Shown here one piece after another: positions 33,183 to 35,062 of a DNA stretch of 35,062 bases. The number at the start of each line of letters is the position of its first letter. The stretch's first letter is position 1. A program made the position numbers and the translations under genes. This stretch comes from a virus (taxonomy: Duplodnaviria; Caudoviricetes). The notes below the pieces were generated by a model. That model saw only the letters and a program-made list of their open reading frames with translations, was not told the origin of the DNA and ran no database searches. Location of the stretch: positions 1-35,062 of IMG/VR virus record IMGVR_UViG_3300017754_000610. One strand, given 5' to 3'.

Positions 33183-33971
33183 TTACTTGTGATTGTTTTT
33201 TAACTGCCAAAATTCCAACAACTTTGTAAACATAAGCCAGTAACGGTTCAAGTCATTGGCTTCATGTTCTACAACTTTTACCCCGGTAAACTGGGTAACG
33301 CCATTGACCATTTTGTAACCAACAAATACGTTGGCACAACGGGCTTTAGGCATATTAAACCCTTGGCGGTAAGCCGCTAATTGCATCCCGTGTTCCGGAT
33401 AAATTTCTGCTTTAGAAATATCTTCTGTTTCTTTGGTTTTAATGTCAATACAAACACCATCAAAATCATGCCTGGATTTGGCTATTAAATCGGCCTTGCC
33501 GCCGTAACCAAGAGTATGGGCAAAGGATTGTTCAGACAATAGCAAAAGCGGCCCAAAATGCGTTTTAATGGCTTCTTCAACTGGCCGGCATATTGGCATT
33601 GATTCCGGTATTAAAGCCCCTTCAAAAAACGCTTGAATAATGGCATGAATGGCCGTACCACGGTCAGCCGCTATTTTGGCGGTTTGTTTGGAATCCATCA
33701 TTACCCGGTCTAGCCAATCTTTTTCCGGTTCGCCTGGTTCCCTGGGAAGGGTTAAAGCGGCTAATAGGACGTTTTGTTGTTTCCATGAATCAAGGCCTGG
33801 TTTCGCCGCAACCGCAAGCACTCCTGAAACGCTAACGCAAAGGTCAAGTGATCTTGCATCCCGTAACGTTGTTGCTCGTTGTTGGCCGTTTTTTCCGATA
33901 ACACTATACTCTGGGTTTCCTTGACGATCATACCAATGCCCACTTTCCGATTGACGTTCTTTAATTATCAT
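33183..33971 (-). CDS. PD-(D/E)XK exonuclease (RecB/Cas4-like phage recombination nuclease)
   Basis: RGTAIH, SEQSF, YGGKADL, IDIKT and QLAAY motifs. Confidence 0.85.
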   Translation of the reverse strand: MIIKERQSESGHWYDRQGNPEYSVIGKNGQQRATTLRDARSLDLCVSVSGVLAVAAKPGLDSWKQQNVLLAALTLPREPGEPEKDWLDRVMMDSKQTAKIAADRGTAIHAIIQAFFEGALIPESMPICRPVEEAIKTHFGPLLLLSEQSFAHTLGYGGKADLIAKSRHDFDGVCIDIKTKETEDISKAEIYPEHGMQLAAYRQGFNMPKARCANVFVGYKMVNGVTQFTGVKVVEHEANDLNRYWLMFTKLLEFWQLKNNHK

Positions 33972-34162
33972 TGTTTTGGTTTTCTTCCACGTTTTGGCGT
34001 TTCAACAAATTCTTCTTGGACCGGTGTAATTACAACAACTTTGCTTTCATATTCACCGCACCAATCATGCTGGCTTTTGTTGGCCGTTTGTGGGTAACGT
34101 TTGCATACGCCGTATGTGTCATTGGTTTGACCGGCATACCATTTACAGTCAATACATTTCAT
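33968..34162 (-). CDS. Small Cys4 metal-binding protein
   Basis: CIDC...GVCKRYP...DWCGEY; KRGRKPK tail. Confidence 0.7.
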   Translation of the reverse strand: MKCIDCKWYAGQTNDTYGVCKRYPQTANKSQHDWCGEYESKVVVITPVQEEFVETPKRGRKPKQ

Positions 34163-34366
34163 TTATTCACCTAATGTTTGTAAGATTAATTTTCTATCTT
34201 TTGGGTCCTTAACCAGGCAAGCCGCTTCAGTAACTAAAGCCCTGGTGAACTTGGATAAAGCTTCATAACTGAAACCAATGATTTCAGTTTCTTCATCGTG
34301 GCCTATATCTTGATGTGTTTTCAAAGTGTAGTGATCACAAACTATAAACTTAACCATTGGCTTCAT
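34163..34366 (-). CDS. Hypothetical protein
   Basis: 67-aa ORF, AGGGGG SD. Confidence 0.7.
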   Translation of the reverse strand: MKPMVKFIVCDHYTLKTHQDIGHDEETEIIGFSYEALSKFTRALVTEAACLVKDPKDRKLILQTLGE

Positions 34367-34374
34367 ATTGCCCC

Positions 34375-35013
34375 CTAGAATGGAATATCGTCATCAATCA
34401 ATTCTGACGGTGCAGAACTGATTATTGGCGCATTAGGTTCAAACGTATTGCGGTATTCCGCAGACTTCTTAATAACGCCTTGCATACCTTCTGAAAGCTT
34501 GTTGAACTTATCTTGATCAAACGGATCAAGAGTAAAAATCATTAATTCATTTACGCCTTTAGGTTCGCCAAGTTTTTTCAATGCTGATGGCACCTGGCTA
34601 ATCCCGGCAATGTTGGCGTATTCTTTACCGTCATAGGTGGAATGGGTAACTGAAACCATGCAATATTTGCCTAACAATACTTCCAGGTTAAAACCGTCCA
34701 GTTCTTCCTGGGTAAATGCTTTTCCTCGCCAGGCTTCTAAATCCTTACGTAGCGTGGCTTTTTCGTCCAGGGATAGCGTGTAGCGTTTAGATACGATTAG
34801 CGGTTTACTTTCTGCGGTTTGTAGCGGCTGGCCATCGTTATCTTCACCATGCAATTCAAACATGGCAATGATTTTGCGTTGCATTTTGCGTTTACCCATC
34901 CATTCGGTAGTTTGCGTACCGATGTCAATTATTCTATATAGACGGGCAAGGAAACTGCCGGCTGGGGGTAATTTAAAGTCACTACCGGAACTGGTTTGTT
35001 TTGCAATTATCAT
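34375..35013 (-). CDS. Putative single-stranded DNA-binding protein
   Basis: Acidic DDDIPF C-terminus typical of SSBs; next to exonuclease; start at MIIAK (35013). Confidence 0.7.
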   Translation of the reverse strand: MIIAKQTSSGSDFKLPPAGSFLARLYRIIDIGTQTTEWMGKRKMQRKIIAMFELHGEDNDGQPLQTAESKPLIVSKRYTLSLDEKATLRKDLEAWRGKAFTQEELDGFNLEVLLGKYCMVSVTHSTYDGKEYANIAGISQVPSALKKLGEPKGVNELMIFTLDPFDQDKFNKLSEGMQGVIKKSAEYRNTFEPNAPIISSAPSELIDDDIPF

Positions 35014-35062
35014 TTTCTCACTTTCCAAAAATTTGACCGAAGTCATTGATCACGTCACGTAA
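34734..35062. repeat. Imperfect terminal duplication, copy 2
   Basis: Ungapped match to 1-329. Confidence 0.95.

Overview
Near-complete (~34.7 kb) genome of a P22-like podovirus whose two ends overlap as a ~91% identical 329-bp duplication. The leftward early arm (32.2-35 kb plus 0-0.5 kb) has an SSB-like protein, a PD-(D/E)XK exonuclease, a tiny secreted 4-Cys peptide and a lipobox membrane protein. A cro-like gene sits at a divergent promoter/operator region and is followed by ~350 nt of strongly structured, probably non-coding RNA. The rightward early/middle arm has LPD29, a stand-alone replication-initiator C-terminal domain, a Ref-like HNH nuclease and RusA, then a 975-aa polyvalent protein, GroES and small basic proteins. 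The late block runs TerS/TerL, portal, scaffold, P22-type coat, decoration/fibre proteins, gp4/gp10-like tail, three ejection proteins, holin-like proteins and a GH19 endolysin. I recognised no integrase, CI repressor, polymerase, helicase, tRNA or CRISPR array. Best leads: (1) pseudoknotted RNAs at 837-1190 and 32949-33038; (2) a repeated promoter + operator + covarying 5' hairpin unit at three early transcription starts; (3) an unannotated secreted disulfide beta-hairpin peptide; (4) a +1-frame gene nested in the polyvalent protein; (5) an N-terminal FTADLNPKG motif shared by an ejection protein and a small orphan. All calls come from reading the sequence by eye; no searches were run.
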